NCBI GenBank assembly: GCA_050633245.1
Contig: JBOEGD010000001.1
Span: 1-64,000 of the forward strand
Source of the DNA: Calditrichia bacterium
Lineage (GTDB): Bacteria > Calditrichota > Calditrichia > RBG-13-44-9 > J075
DNA length: 64,000 bases
Reading direction: 5' to 3'
This document shows, one piece after another, positions 1 to 10,649 of the stretch (position 1 is its first letter; each line of letters starts with the position of its first letter). The notes under the pieces are model-generated. The model worked only from the letters and a program-made list of their open reading frames with translations. It searched no databases and had not been told where the DNA came from. A program made the translations under genes and the position numbers.

Positions 1-583
1 GTTGCGTAACAACAAACGGCTATACCGCTAAAACTCTCGATCGCGGTCAGGTTGTTCTTACCCCTGGAATTGACAATCTTTTAACTGTAGAGCGCGGTAG
101 CGAGAATGATGTGCGAACCAACTTGGGAATAATGCCGGCACTGGGAGTGTCCGGTGGCATAACCGATAATCTGGAGCTCGGTGTGCGATTACATGCCCCG
201 TCTACCCTTGAAGGTAGCCTGCGACTACAGCTTACTCCAAATTCTTTTGATGGATTTGACCTAACGCTCAATGCCCATCCGGGGATTGTTCTTGACGGGA
301 TTGAGAGAGAAGAATCGCAGGGCTATCTGAAGCTGGGTGCTACTCTGGGTAAACAAATCAACCCTACGAGCCTTTCGTCAGCTTCTATCGTTACTCTACG
401 CCGATAGAGTTCTACGCGGCAGATATATATAGTCGCCAGCTGCGCTGGTCGGTATTGACAGTTGGAGTTGGCATTCCGCGTAAGGGGGATCTTATCGTAC
501 CGGAAATAAACTATTTGCTTACTGGCGATGGGGTTGAGGGGATTCTTACCCTTGGCATTGGTGTGCGTGCGAAGATACGGTAG
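1..583 (+). pseudogene. 5'-truncated hypothetical (lipo)protein/outer-membrane-like protein with an apparent -1 frameshift near 362
   Basis: Frame 3 is open from the window start (CVTTNGYTAKTLDRG...KLGATLGKQIN). Frame 2 from 362 continues PYEPFVSFYRY...GILTLGIGVRAKIR* (stop 581-583) with beta-strand-like alternation. The break lies in the ACCC run; it could be a sequencing error. Confidence 0.5.
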
Positions 584-653
584 CTATGCACTCTTCCTGA
601 AACCTTCCTCAATGATTGCCGTTAGATCTGTATACCTTTCACCCCGAGGAATT

Positions 654-2030
654 ATGCCCGTATCTCGCAGCAGGTCCGTTTATTGGTTTCTTATTTCCGT
701 AATTATATTGTCTATATGTCCTCTCTTTTCTCAGCAACTTTCAGAACGTCAAAAATTACGCATGCAGATTAATGAAATTGTGGCTCCCTATTTGTCGGCA
801 GCAGACTTTCAGGGAGTTATTGGTCTGCAGCGAGATGGTGAAGAGCCATTAATCCTGCCATATGGGTTTGCCAGCGTTGAGTTAGGGGTTCCGCATCGAT
901 CTGGAAATATCTTTATGATAGGCTCCATATCAAAACAGTTTACTGCCGTTGCGATATTGCTTTTGGAAGAGACCGGTAAATTAAAAACGACTGACCTGCT
1001 CAGTAAATTTATTCCGGATTTTCCACGTGGTAATGAAATAACAATCGAACAATTACTAACGCACACTTCGGGAATAGCCGATGTTTATTCGCTGAAAAGT
1101 TTTGGCACCACCTCAGGGCTGGCGGGAACCTTTGAAGCAGTTGTTGCCGAGCTGGCTACTATGTCGCTTACGTTCGAGCCCGGGGAAGGATACAGCTACA
1201 GTAATGGAGGGTACTCTTTGCTGGGTGCAGTTATTGAAAAGGCATCGGGAATGCCGTTTCGAACTTATTTAGAAACAAACATGTTCGAGCGCGTTGGTAT
1301 GCGTCAAACCACTCATGACTTTCCCGGAGAAGCAGTAAGACAACGTGTTCCAGGTTATGACCCAATCGGTGCCTCTGGCCTGATGCCTGTGAAAAGAGTT
1401 GCACCAGCCTATACACTTGGGAATGGATCGCTATGGTCTTCTGCCGAGGATTTGTTGAAGTGGTCAGCTGCTTTACATACAGGAAAGCTAATCAGTAAGG
1501 ACTCCTATAAAAAGCTGACGCAAGATTATGGCCAAAGCTATGGATTTGGAGTGAGCCTGTTTAAGCGATTTAATACGCCGGTCATTGGCCATGATGGCCG
1601 CGTTGCCGGCTATGCCTCAGACCTTGCCAGATACATTGATAAAAAACTGTCGGTAGTAGTTTTAAGTAACGTACAATCTGTTTCCCGAGATGAAATTCGT
1701 TCCATGGTAGCCGCTGCGGCACTTGGCGAAGCGTATGAAATCCCCGAGCTTCAGGAGTTTGCTGAGCTCGATGTAGCAAAACTTGAACCATTTCTGGGGT
1801 CGTATTCATTTGGCCCTTTCTTTATTGTTCGCATTGTTGAGAGAAATGGCAGATTACTTGCGCAGGCCAACGAGGGCGGGTTTTCAGAATTAACACCTAC
1901 GGCAAGTGGCGCCTGGTTCTCGCGGATGCTTTATACCACTGTTCGCTTTGGCACGGATGACTCAAATACCGTCGATCGTCTGATCTGGGGCTTAGGAGAA
2001 AACGCTCCGGTTGGCAAGCGAGTGCCATGA
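654..2030 (+). CDS. Serine hydrolase, beta-lactamase/PBP class C family, with signal peptide and C-terminal DUF3471-like extension
   Basis: SxxK (GSISKQF), LLTHTSG, YSN (YSYSNGGY) and GHDG motifs. The ORF track starts at 528; ATG 654 precedes a signal-peptide-like segment. Confidence 0.88.
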   Translation: MPVSRSRSVYWFLISVIILSICPLFSQQLSERQKLRMQINEIVAPYLSAADFQGVIGLQRDGEEPLILPYGFASVELGVPHRSGNIFMIGSISKQFTAVAILLLEETGKLKTTDLLSKFIPDFPRGNEITIEQLLTHTSGIADVYSLKSFGTTSGLAGTFEAVVAELATMSLTFEPGEGYSYSNGGYSLLGAVIEKASGMPFRTYLETNMFERVGMRQTTHDFPGEAVRQRVPGYDPIGASGLMPVKRVAPAYTLGNGSLWSSAEDLLKWSAALHTGKLISKDSYKKLTQDYGQSYGFGVSLFKRFNTPVIGHDGRVAGYASDLARYIDKKLSVVVLSNVQSVSRDEIRSMVAAAALGEAYEIPELQEFAELDVAKLEPFLGSYSFGPFFIVRIVERNGRLLAQANEGGFSELTPTASGAWFSRMLYTTVRFGTDDSNTVDRLIWGLGENAPVGKRVP

Positions 2031-2140
2031 TAGGTCGCTTCGCTTGTAGGTCACTTTGCTTGTAGAATAATTGTCTTTTGTCTACCGTCTTTATTGTGCC
2101 GTCTTTATTGTGCCGTCCTAATTGTGCCGTCTTTTATCCC
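2031..2140. repeat. Short direct repeats: 2 x 16 bp TAGGTCRCTTYGCTTG, then 3-4 x 14 bp CCGTCTTTATTGTG
   Basis: Units read at 2031 and 2047, then 2085, 2099, 2113 and a degenerate copy at 2127. Confidence 0.8.
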
Positions 2141-2295
2141 CACCGTTTATGTTTCTGCAAACTTTTTCTTTCAATCTGTCGTCTTAAATTATGTAGCACT
2201 AGAGCGGTAAAAATTGCCGTTGATAAGAACCCTTTTGCCTCCTATATTGAAGTGAGGAGTAATACAATCATCTTAGGTTTGTTGAAGGAATAGCT

Positions 2296-3174
2296 ATGAG
2301 TGACAATCTGCGCAACGCCGGAATTATTGCAATGATTTTCGTTTCATCGATTGTGCTTTATCGGGTAATAACCGAAGTAAAGCAGGTCGATGTAGATCAG
2401 CAAATGGAACAGCTGGGACAACTGTTGTTCGATCGCGTGCCGGAAGGCGATGAGCGCGATGCGTTGACTGAAGAATATAATGCTTATGTTGAAAAGGTGA
2501 AAAAACGCGAGGTTGCTCCGGAGTCTGTTGAGCGAGTTGCTGCCGGAATCTTAAATGTCACCGGTTCATCGCGCAAGCTCAAACCATCTGAAGCACAGGC
2601 AGTATTAACACTGGCAGTGGATGCGGCAAATCCTGTAGCTGATGCTGCTCCTGCAGCTATCCCCGCACCGCCGAGCCCTGAGCGCTGGAAAGAAGTGGAT
2701 GACCGTATTCGCACGGCAATAGAGTTTACCATGACCGTCAATGAGCAGGAAGATGAAATTGCACTTCATGATGATCACACCAAACCAATATTCCATGTTC
2801 ACCCGAATTTGAACATCGCAATGGATATGGATATGAAAAACAAGCTTGAACACGATCACATGAATAAGCTTGCGGCAAAAGTAAAAAAGCTTGAAGAAGA
2901 GAAAATGCTTGAATGGCAGGAGAATTTTGAGCAGGTAATGGAAGCAAAGGCACTCAAGTTGGAAGCCGAAATGCAAAAGCTTGAGCAGGAGCTAAACCGC
3001 ATAGAACTGAATGAATTGTCTGATGGCAAAAAGGTGCTTGCCCTGCTTGGCTCACTGTCTATTCTCGATACGTTGGGCATACCGATGCCGGTTGATGTGG
3101 ATTCGATTCTTGAAGAAGTTAGCCGCGAATTGGATAATATTGATGTAAAGGTAGAAATTCATGATGATCATTAG
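2296..3174 (+). CDS. Hypothetical protein, N-terminal TM anchor and acidic coiled-coil region
   Basis: AAGGA RBS upstream; hydrophobic residues ~9-25; heptad-like EQVMEAKALKLEAEMQKLEQELNRIE. Confidence 0.75.
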   Translation: MSDNLRNAGIIAMIFVSSIVLYRVITEVKQVDVDQQMEQLGQLLFDRVPEGDERDALTEEYNAYVEKVKKREVAPESVERVAAGILNVTGSSRKLKPSEAQAVLTLAVDAANPVADAAPAAIPAPPSPERWKEVDDRIRTAIEFTMTVNEQEDEIALHDDHTKPIFHVHPNLNIAMDMDMKNKLEHDHMNKLAAKVKKLEEEKMLEWQENFEQVMEAKALKLEAEMQKLEQELNRIELNELSDGKKVLALLGSLSILDTLGIPMPVDVDSILEEVSRELDNIDVKVEIHDDH

Positions 3175-3410
3175 TCGGCAGTCGTGATTCGCAAGACGCA
3201 AGAGGCCTGACGCTCTGTTGGCTGCCTGTCTTTCGCTGTCTCCGTGCTTTCCCATCAGTTCCGAAGGGACACCCATTCTTTTCCCATCTCCCCGCTCTAT
3301 TTTTTTGTAACCTGTAAACGCCCCCCCACATCTGATTTATAGATAAAGCAACAGATTATCATTCGAATCATAATTCATCAATCATAAGTCATAAATCCCT
3401 AGGAGGTGCG

Positions 3411-4301
3411 ATGAGCGCACGGAAGGTTTTAGTTACAGGTAGCAGCAATGGTTTTGGCTATTTAATTGTTCAGTCTTTGCTAAGCAAAGGACATACAGTT
3501 TATGCAACAATGCGCGGTGCGGCGGGTAAAAACAGCGCTAAGGCAGCCGAGCTGTCTTCATTTGCGGAAGGAAAAAGCGGCGCAATTCATATTCTTGATA
3601 TGGATGTTACTGATGACGCTTCGGTTGAACAAGCTGTTGCCAAAGCAGTTGAGCTCGGTGGAATCGATGTTGTTGTAAATAATGCCGGATATGGAGTCGC
3701 CGGTTATACAGAAGCGGTAACCACCGATCAGATGAAGCATATTTTTGACGTGAATGTATTTGGCGTGCATCGCGTAATACGTGCTGCGCTGCCCGGTATG
3801 AGAGCACAGGGATCCGGACTGTTTATTAATATTTCCAGCGTGATGGGGCGTGTTGTATTGCCCTTTGCCAGCCCGTATACGGCGACCAAGTTTGCACTGG
3901 AAGGATTCTCCGAAAGTCTGCGCTATGAACTTGCTCCAATCGGAGTGGATGTAACCATCATTGAACCGGGTGGATTTGGTACCGGGTTTCTCGCTGCAAT
4001 GGTTGCGGGGACAGATGAAGCCCGCCTGGAAGGTTATGGTCCGCTAAAAGAAATACCAGACCAAATGTGGGGCGGGTTCGAGCAGGCACTTGCTTCTGAT
4101 GATGCACCCGATCCCCAGTTGATTGCCGATGCAGCACTGGAGCTAATTGAAACTCCTGCAGGTCAACGTCCGCTGCGCGTGGTGGTCGATCCGATGAGCG
4201 GTGGCGAAGGTCCGAGCGCAATTAATGGCCTTACCGGGGAGATCCAGACAGGCTTAATGACCAACTTCGGTATGGCCGATTCCCTGTCAGTAAAAGGCTA
4301 G
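3411..4301 (+). CDS. Short-chain dehydrogenase/reductase (SDR)
   Basis: TGSSNGFG nucleotide-binding motif, NNAG, catalytic YTATK; strong AGGAGG RBS. Confidence 0.95.
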   Translation: MSARKVLVTGSSNGFGYLIVQSLLSKGHTVYATMRGAAGKNSAKAAELSSFAEGKSGAIHILDMDVTDDASVEQAVAKAVELGGIDVVVNNAGYGVAGYTEAVTTDQMKHIFDVNVFGVHRVIRAALPGMRAQGSGLFINISSVMGRVVLPFASPYTATKFALEGFSESLRYELAPIGVDVTIIEPGGFGTGFLAAMVAGTDEARLEGYGPLKEIPDQMWGGFEQALASDDAPDPQLIADAALELIETPAGQRPLRVVVDPMSGGEGPSAINGLTGEIQTGLMTNFGMADSLSVKG

Positions 4302-4304
4302 ATA

Positions 4305-4628
4305 GTGATGAATGCCTCGCGTTATTTTGTGATTGTCCAGCTCTGGATTAAGAGCGATCACACAGCAGCCTTCGAAGCTTTTGAAAAGAAGGCTGCTGCT
4401 GCGATGGCAGATTTTGGTGGTCGCATAGACAACGTGATTCGTCATGCAGAGCAAGATGACAAGAATCCATTCGAAACCCATTTACTCTCGTTCGTAAATG
4501 AAACCTCTTTTAATGACTATCTTTCCAGCGCTGCTGCTCGTAATTTGGCTGATGAGCGAAAGCGCGTTGTTGAGAAGAGTCTGATTTTCCCCGGTCGACA
4601 GTTGGACTATCTTCGAGACGATAGTTAA
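4305..4628 (+). CDS. Small dimeric alpha/beta-barrel protein (DUF1330-like)
   Basis: Size and pattern (FEKKAAAAMADFGGRI...HLLSF...F..Y...R) resemble DUF1330; abuts the SDR gene. Confidence 0.6.
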   Translation: MMNASRYFVIVQLWIKSDHTAAFEAFEKKAAAAMADFGGRIDNVIRHAEQDDKNPFETHLLSFVNETSFNDYLSSAAARNLADERKRVVEKSLIFPGRQLDYLRDDS

Positions 4629-4733
4629 GCAATTCTTCGGATTGCTTAAAACTGTTCAGATTTGCATAAAAACTTTCCTATCTTCAGGTGGATTCGCACT
4701 CCCACACCAGAACATTTAGTAAAGGAGCATTCG

Positions 4734-5447
4734 ATGCTGCGTTGGCAATTTGGTTGTCTTGCTTTTTTAATGATGGGGATGTTGGTTTTTGCAAACAGCG
4801 ACCGAGAAGGAGCAATCCTAATTCCCGGGTCATTCCATGGAGATGAAATTACAGCGACATCAGGTGAGACCTGGCTGGCATTAATACATCAGGATGGCAA
4901 ATTTTCTTTGGAGGAAACCATACTGACGGTAGAAGCCATTCATGATCAAATGGTAGACAAGCCCGGTGAGAAAACGGGTAAAAAAATAATGACCGATAAA
5001 TCAGATCAGAATGTGTTGCTGCTGGTAAACGCTCCTGGACTAAGGGTTGGGCCAGTTGATGGTGAAACCTATCCGGGACACTTCTTTAAAAATGCTGAAC
5101 CGGTGCATATTCAATTCGGGGGTAAACCCTATCACTTAACGATGCTGGTTCCTGCGAAGGTAGAACGTGAGACGAGAAGCCCGCTTGAATTTTCTTCCAC
5201 GAACAAAAAGCAGACGTTAAGAAGTTATTATACGCGTGTAATGAATGACTCAATGTATGTTTTCGGCGATGAGGGCTCGGTTGGCATTCAATGGATCGGT
5301 GACCTTGATGGTGACAATAAGCCGGATCTAATTATGAGCCTTAGCGACCACTACAACGTTATGGAAACAGTATTATTGCTTTCCTCGGAAGCGAAGGAAG
5401 GTGAACTGGTGAAGGAAGTTGCTGTTTTTCGCGGCGTTGGTTGCTAA
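4734..5447 (+). CDS. Secreted hypothetical protein with FG-GAP/Ca-binding-like motif
   Basis: AAGGAG RBS before ATG 4734; signal peptide; WIGDLDGDNKPDL motif; ends in GC. Confidence 0.7.
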   Translation: MLRWQFGCLAFLMMGMLVFANSDREGAILIPGSFHGDEITATSGETWLALIHQDGKFSLEETILTVEAIHDQMVDKPGEKTGKKIMTDKSDQNVLLLVNAPGLRVGPVDGETYPGHFFKNAEPVHIQFGGKPYHLTMLVPAKVERETRSPLEFSSTNKKQTLRSYYTRVMNDSMYVFGDEGSVGIQWIGDLDGDNKPDLIMSLSDHYNVMETVLLLSSEAKEGELVKEVAVFRGVGC

Positions 5448-5488
5448 GTAGAATAGGTTTATGCTGGTAAGCTCCTCTGCTTCCGGCA

Positions 5489-5524
5489 TATCAATTTAAT
5501 AACGACCTGGTTATTAAATTGATA
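5489..5524. terminator. 15-bp perfect inverted repeat (terminator or operator)
   Basis: TATCAATTTAATAAC-gacctg-GTTATTAAATTGATA. Confidence 0.5.
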
Positions 5525-5664
5525 AAGTCTCCGGGAATTGAATAGCTGGGAAAGCCGTATTTACGACCTTCTGTTTTCCGTTTTGCTCTGGCATGATTTG
5601 TGACTATTCTTTTCCTACCAGCTCCGATTGTGGTCGTTTACCCATCAACGAACGAGGCAGCATT

Positions 5665-7689
5665 ATGACATATTCCCAAAGATGTTTCCGATATATAGTC
5701 TTGAGTGCTTTGTTATCCTGTATCTCTCTACCGCTAACAGCGCAGATACTTACCAATCAGGTCGGCTATTTACCGGTTTCAGGTAAATACATCTATACAA
5801 CTCAACCAACCGACAGCTTTTATATTATTGATACCGGCACGCAGGCCATTCGTTATCGTGGGCAGATTCAGGTAAATGTTGTTAATGATCCAAATACCGA
5901 AAGCAATATTTTTGAGGGTGATTTTTCTGCTCTCGAAGAGCCGGGAACTTATATTGCCACGCTGCCGGGGCAAGGATTTTCACAAGCCTTTCAAATTGGA
6001 GAATCGGTGTTTGATGATGCGGCTAAGGCATCGTTAAAAGCATTTTATTTTCAGCGCTGTGGATTAGATTTAATCGGCGGCTTCGCAGATCCCTATTTTC
6101 ACCCGCGCTGTCACTCTGCCGATGGCTTTTATCATCCCTCTACAGGCTTGAGCGGTTTTCGCCTATCGCGTGGTGGGTGGCACGATGCCGGAGATTACGG
6201 CAAGTATGTGGTGAATGCGTCCGTCACGGTCGGCACGTTACTCATGGCCTATGAGGTTTTTCCAGCCAGGTTCGCTTCGGATAATTTAAACATTCCGGAA
6301 AGCGGTAATGGTATCCCGGATATTCTTGATGAAGTTCGATATGAACTTGAGTGGATGCTGCAAATGCAGGACACGATGAGCGGCGGCGTGTTTCACAAGT
6401 TAACTTTTGAAGTATTCAGTGCCTTTGCCATGCCGCAGAATACCAGCGGTACTCGCTATATCTATGAGAAGTCGACTGCTGCGACTGCAGATTTTGCCGC
6501 AGTTATGGCAAAAGCATCTCGCTTGTATCAGGGCATCGATGCTTCTTTCGCTCAAAAGTGCCTGGATAGAGCCGTTCTTGCATGGGGATATTTGCAGACT
6601 AATCCATCCATTGTGCCGCCAGGTGGGTTTCAGAATCCCGCCGGGACTAATACCGGAACATATGGTGACGGCAATGATAGCGATGAGCGATTTTGGGCCG
6701 CGACGGAATTATACATCACTACAGGTGAAGCGGTGTATCACAATTTTTTTATTGCCAACTATAACCAGTTTGGTTTGATCAGCAGTGAAGTATCGTGGCC
6801 GAACGTGCAAACGCTTGGTTATTTGGCCTACATGTTGAATACAGTGAGTGGTCAAAGTCAGAATATCAAAACATTACTGCGTACGTCCCTGCTAAATTTT
6901 GCTGAGGGAACAGTCGCAACGATTAATGCGCGCGGTATGCGTCTCGCTCTTTCACCCGGTGAATTTGTATGGGGCAGCAACTCTGTAGTTATGAATCGGG
7001 CGATTTTAATGATTGTTGCATTTGAGGAATATGGAACCCGGAGTTATCGTGATGCGGCTCTTGCGCAGCTGGACTATATCTTTGGGGCAAATATTCATGA
7101 TATCTCTTTTTTACCCGGAAGTGGAACGAATCAGGTTATGAACTTACATCACCGTCCGTCAGCCGCTGATGGCATTGCCGGATCACTACCGGGTATGCTA
7201 TCCGGGGGGCCAAATGAGTTTCTCGGCGATCCGGTTTTGCAGGCAAATTTTACTAATGCGACGCCGCCGGCTCGGTGCTGGATCGATGATGTCGGTAGCT
7301 ATGCTGGTAATGAGATGGCTATAAACTGGAATGGCGCAATCGCTTTTGTGCTCGGTTATTTTGCCGGTGGGGGGACGATTAGTCCGGTTGAACCGGAATC
7401 GCCGTTGCCAAAATCGATGAACCTAAAGTCAAACTATCCCAACCCATTTAATCCGGAAACCATTATTCCGTTTGAACTGGATCAAGCAACATTTGTCCGC
7501 CTCGAAATTATCAATTCACTGGGTCAGGTTGTTCGCACATTACTGGCGGAAACGCGAATCGCTGGTGAACATCGCGTTAAGTGGGATGCTAAAACGAATT
7601 CCGGTAGTATTGCTCCATCTGGTGTTTATTTCTATCGACTTAGCGGAGACCAAGCTGTTTTAACGCATAAGATGCTACTTATGCGATAG
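5665..7689 (+). CDS. Glycoside hydrolase family 9 (CelD-like Ig N-domain) with C-terminal FlgD-Ig/T9SS type A sorting-like domain
   Basis: NQVGY, GGWHDAGDYGKYV, HHRPS and YAGNEMAINWN motifs; C-terminal NYPNPFNPET...SGVYFYRL...KMLLMR. Confidence 0.93.
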   Translation: MTYSQRCFRYIVLSALLSCISLPLTAQILTNQVGYLPVSGKYIYTTQPTDSFYIIDTGTQAIRYRGQIQVNVVNDPNTESNIFEGDFSALEEPGTYIATLPGQGFSQAFQIGESVFDDAAKASLKAFYFQRCGLDLIGGFADPYFHPRCHSADGFYHPSTGLSGFRLSRGGWHDAGDYGKYVVNASVTVGTLLMAYEVFPARFASDNLNIPESGNGIPDILDEVRYELEWMLQMQDTMSGGVFHKLTFEVFSAFAMPQNTSGTRYIYEKSTAATADFAAVMAKASRLYQGIDASFAQKCLDRAVLAWGYLQTNPSIVPPGGFQNPAGTNTGTYGDGNDSDERFWAATELYITTGEAVYHNFFIANYNQFGLISSEVSWPNVQTLGYLAYMLNTVSGQSQNIKTLLRTSLLNFAEGTVATINARGMRLALSPGEFVWGSNSVVMNRAILMIVAFEEYGTRSYRDAALAQLDYIFGANIHDISFLPGSGTNQVMNLHHRPSAADGIAGSLPGMLSGGPNEFLGDPVLQANFTNATPPARCWIDDVGSYAGNEMAINWNGAIAFVLGYFAGGGTISPVEPESPLPKSMNLKSNYPNPFNPETIIPFELDQATFVRLEIINSLGQVVRTLLAETRIAGEHRVKWDAKTNSGSIAPSGVYFYRLSGDQAVLTHKMLLMR

Positions 7690-7743
7690 CAACTGCTTTC
7701 TGCTATCATATCATAAAAATGCTTAAGCCATGCATCGATCTTC

Positions 7744-9483
7744 TTATCTCCATGAGGACGTCGCCTGACGAATGTTGGTGCGAATGCCTCCTTCGAAAAT
7801 TTGCCGCAATTCACTGACCGAAACTTTTTGCTCAATAGCAGCTTGGCGCAGATCATCAATCGCGCGTTTTAGCTGCTTTAACCGAAGCGTTGGATAGAAG
7901 TCTATCCCTGTGCTGTTAGAACGCTTTTGAACGTAGAAGATATGATCAAACCCTCCATTTAGATAAGGAGCCCGGGCAAGTGACTTCCAGAACATTAGTC
8001 CGGTAAGATTTTTTTCCGCTACCCGAAAGGCCAGAGCAAATACCTTGTGAGCAGGTGTATGTAAATAAGGTGTTTGTCCATAGAGCCAAACTTCTTTTCC
8101 TGCCTCAAGCAACGTCTGAGCATTTTGGTCCGCAAGAGAATCTCCCAGAGAATGTCCGGCTATTGCCCAAATACTTATATCCTGCAGAAGAGGCATTCCA
8201 TTGTTTGTTCGAAGATCTCGGTCTTCATAGCCCAAATGCTCATCACAGAAGAAGTGCGAAATGTCCAGACGAAAGCGGATATCGACTGGGCCTGCGTTGG
8301 CGAAAACCCGCTCGGTGAGCTGCTGATAATAATTCAGTGCACGATAGTCTTCGATCGATTTTGGCTCATCGAGATTCCAGGGGATGCGATTGTTCTCACC
8401 CGGCTTCTGATTGTTGTAAATCTGAAATACGGTGTTTGTCCAGCCGCGCTCTTTAAAATGCGTTATATATGCGTCAGCAAATGCTTGCCAGACGGCTTCA
8501 TATTTTTGACGATCGGAGAAATGGAGGATAAGTGGTGCCGGCCACTCCGGGTTAAATGGCAGATAGGCATGTCGAAGCGGTTGGCCATCGGGAAAAGCAC
8601 TTCCATCGAACAACGGTCCGAAACGCTCGTCAAATGCTCGCCAGTCTAACTGTGGATTGAGCAAATCGTTGTTCAGAAGTGTTGGGATGGCGGTCTGATA
8701 GGGAATGCCGCGCTGACTGCGATAGGGGAGTGGATTTAAAACGGCATAATGATCTCTGGCAAATTGATGGGCTCGTCTATCCAGTCGATTGCGCTGTTCT
8801 GGCAGCGTGTCCTTTGGTGCGGCACGATGGTATTTATAGCCATATTCGTTCATGTCCAATTGAAAAGGTATGCTGTTTGAGGTATCCTCAATAACCTCCA
8901 CTGATAGTTGCAGCAACTTACTTGTTGTGGATGTCTCAACTATTAATTCTCCAATAAAGGTGCCGGTGGTAGCTTCCGCGGGAATGAGAACCTCAAGCCA
9001 GACGCCATCGAGCTGTGTGCCTTTCGGCACGGGAAAGCTGCTGTCTGAAGTGGAATATGGAAATATGCTGTAAGTGACTTCTATCGAGTCGAGCACTATT
9101 CCTTCAAAAAGTGATGTGTCCGGCTGAAGTGGAATGAGGACATCCGGATAGAAGGAATTAGATTTTTCTGTGTTCTTAGTCAGGCCAATGCGATAACACT
9201 TTACCTCCGCTGTAATATCTAACAGGGCGAGCCGAACTTCCTCAAGCTGATGGAATGGTGTAAAGACTTGTAAACTGAGCGCTTCGTTTGGCAGCGCCTT
9301 AAAATGGTAAACTCTTTCATCACCTAAAGACCGGAGATTGTTGAAATGTATCGGATCGGGAGCAACAGTCTGTGCTGTATATGGGTTTAATGTAATATCG
9401 GGTGGGAGAATGCGCACCGGCTCAATGGATTGCTGGGAACATGCGCATAAGATTAAACAGATAAGAATAGCTAGCCTTTTCAC
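7744..9483 (-). CDS. Hypothetical lipoprotein, possibly glycoside-hydrolase-like (DUF4091/GH123-like)
   Basis: Lipobox LCAC; LDEP, YF..HFKERGW, GLMFW and C-terminal TLRLKQLKRAIDD resemble DUF4091-type proteins. Confidence 0.55.
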   Translation of the reverse strand: MKRLAILICLILCACSQQSIEPVRILPPDITLNPYTAQTVAPDPIHFNNLRSLGDERVYHFKALPNEALSLQVFTPFHQLEEVRLALLDITAEVKCYRIGLTKNTEKSNSFYPDVLIPLQPDTSLFEGIVLDSIEVTYSIFPYSTSDSSFPVPKGTQLDGVWLEVLIPAEATTGTFIGELIVETSTTSKLLQLSVEVIEDTSNSIPFQLDMNEYGYKYHRAAPKDTLPEQRNRLDRRAHQFARDHYAVLNPLPYRSQRGIPYQTAIPTLLNNDLLNPQLDWRAFDERFGPLFDGSAFPDGQPLRHAYLPFNPEWPAPLILHFSDRQKYEAVWQAFADAYITHFKERGWTNTVFQIYNNQKPGENNRIPWNLDEPKSIEDYRALNYYQQLTERVFANAGPVDIRFRLDISHFFCDEHLGYEDRDLRTNNGMPLLQDISIWAIAGHSLGDSLADQNAQTLLEAGKEVWLYGQTPYLHTPAHKVFALAFRVAEKNLTGLMFWKSLARAPYLNGGFDHIFYVQKRSNSTGIDFYPTLRLKQLKRAIDDLRQAAIEQKVSVSELRQIFEGGIRTNIRQATSSWR

Positions 9484-9541
9484 GTTTCGTCCCTGCCTCC
9501 TGTGGTCTATTACTTCCGTATATCTGAATTTTTGTATCTTA

Positions 9542-9581
9542 CTACTCGCTACTCGCTACTCGCTACTCGCTACTCGCTACT
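9542..9581. repeat. Heptamer tandem repeat (CTACTCG) x ~5.7
   Basis: Read directly; immediately 3' of the App1-like gene stop. Confidence 0.95.
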
Positions 9582-10649
9582 TTAAATCCAGCCCTTTTTC
9601 ACCGCATGTGCTTCAACCTCACTCGAATGTTGGAAAGGCATAAACTCTACACCTTCTGCCGCACAACGATCCTTATACTGACGGAATTCTGAGCTGTCGT
9701 GCTTGTTTGCTACATCTCGAATATAAATTGCAGCAATTCTCCTGGAAAACTTCTCGGCAGCCAGTGTATAAATCTCCGCATCCCTTTGCGTGCTATCGCC
9801 AATTAAGATGAAGGACATCTTTGGGTAGGCTTCAGCCAGCTTTTTGATGTTAGAGAGCTTGTGTTTATTATGTCCGCCGGAAAAGAATTTATCTGTGTCA
9901 AACCCATAGTCTTTTAGAAAAAGCGGTCCAATAGGTAGCTGGTTAAGCGCTAAGAACTCACATAAAAAATCATAAATATTCCATGGGCTGCTCGACAGAT
10001 AGAACATCGGGCGCGGCAAAGCATTGTCTTTTCCAACATGTAATTTCTGATAAAGATCTGATGCACCTTCAAATGCTTTCCGCGTGGCTGCATTCTTTAG
10101 CAAAAGCTCGGTTGCCAGCTTAAGCGGGTTTTGAACATAGCTTTTAAGAATGGTATCATCCAGATCGCTGATAACACCAAGCGGTGTTTCCGGGTGGGGT
10201 TGTAAAATGCTGCCGATGGAATCGATGCGTTTTCCAGAGGGAGATGCGGATGCCGGAATGCTAAGTGTCGCTTCAAGCCAGCCATACGTCTCGGTGTCGG
10301 CTAGCGGCAATTCAATTGATACATATCCTTCTTCATCGGCCTGCACTTGAAAGGTTTGGTCATTAAACCGTATTTCAACCGGACAAAAGGCAAGCTCATC
10401 GCTTTCCAGGCGATTGAACATATCCTGGAGGTTTCTTAGCGTAGACGCATTCTTATCTGCCTCTCCGTATTGCTTTGGCTCCAGAACTCTTCCTTTAAGA
10501 AAGGCTGTTTGCTGGTTGGCATATCCTCTGAATGGCAAGACCTGAAGACTACCGGGAGTAAAAAAACGCCGATAAAGGTTGTCGAGCGAAGAATCTGCGC
10601 CAGCTGCGACACGCTGTATTATGCTAAACCAGTTAATCATCTGGATCAT
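9582..10649 (-). CDS. App1-family phosphatidate phosphatase (DUF2183, HAD-like)
   Basis: ISDLDDT, FYLSSSPWN, GPLFLKD, LIGDS..DAEIY and AIYIRDV motifs. Confidence 0.88.
   Translation of the reverse strand: MIQMINWFSIIQRVAAGADSSLDNLYRRFFTPGSLQVLPFRGYANQQTAFLKGRVLEPKQYGEADKNASTLRNLQDMFNRLESDELAFCPVEIRFNDQTFQVQADEEGYVSIELPLADTETYGWLEATLSIPASASPSGKRIDSIGSILQPHPETPLGVISDLDDTILKSYVQNPLKLATELLLKNAATRKAFEGASDLYQKLHVGKDNALPRPMFYLSSSPWNIYDFLCEFLALNQLPIGPLFLKDYGFDTDKFFSGGHNKHKLSNIKKLAEAYPKMSFILIGDSTQRDAEIYTLAAEKFSRRIAAIYIRDVANKHDSSEFRQYKDRCAAEGVEFMPFQHSSEVEAHAVKKGWI

Noticed and set aside
2085-2140. CRISPR array
   Set aside because: Repeats are 14 bp, directly adjacent with no spacers, and there are no cas genes.
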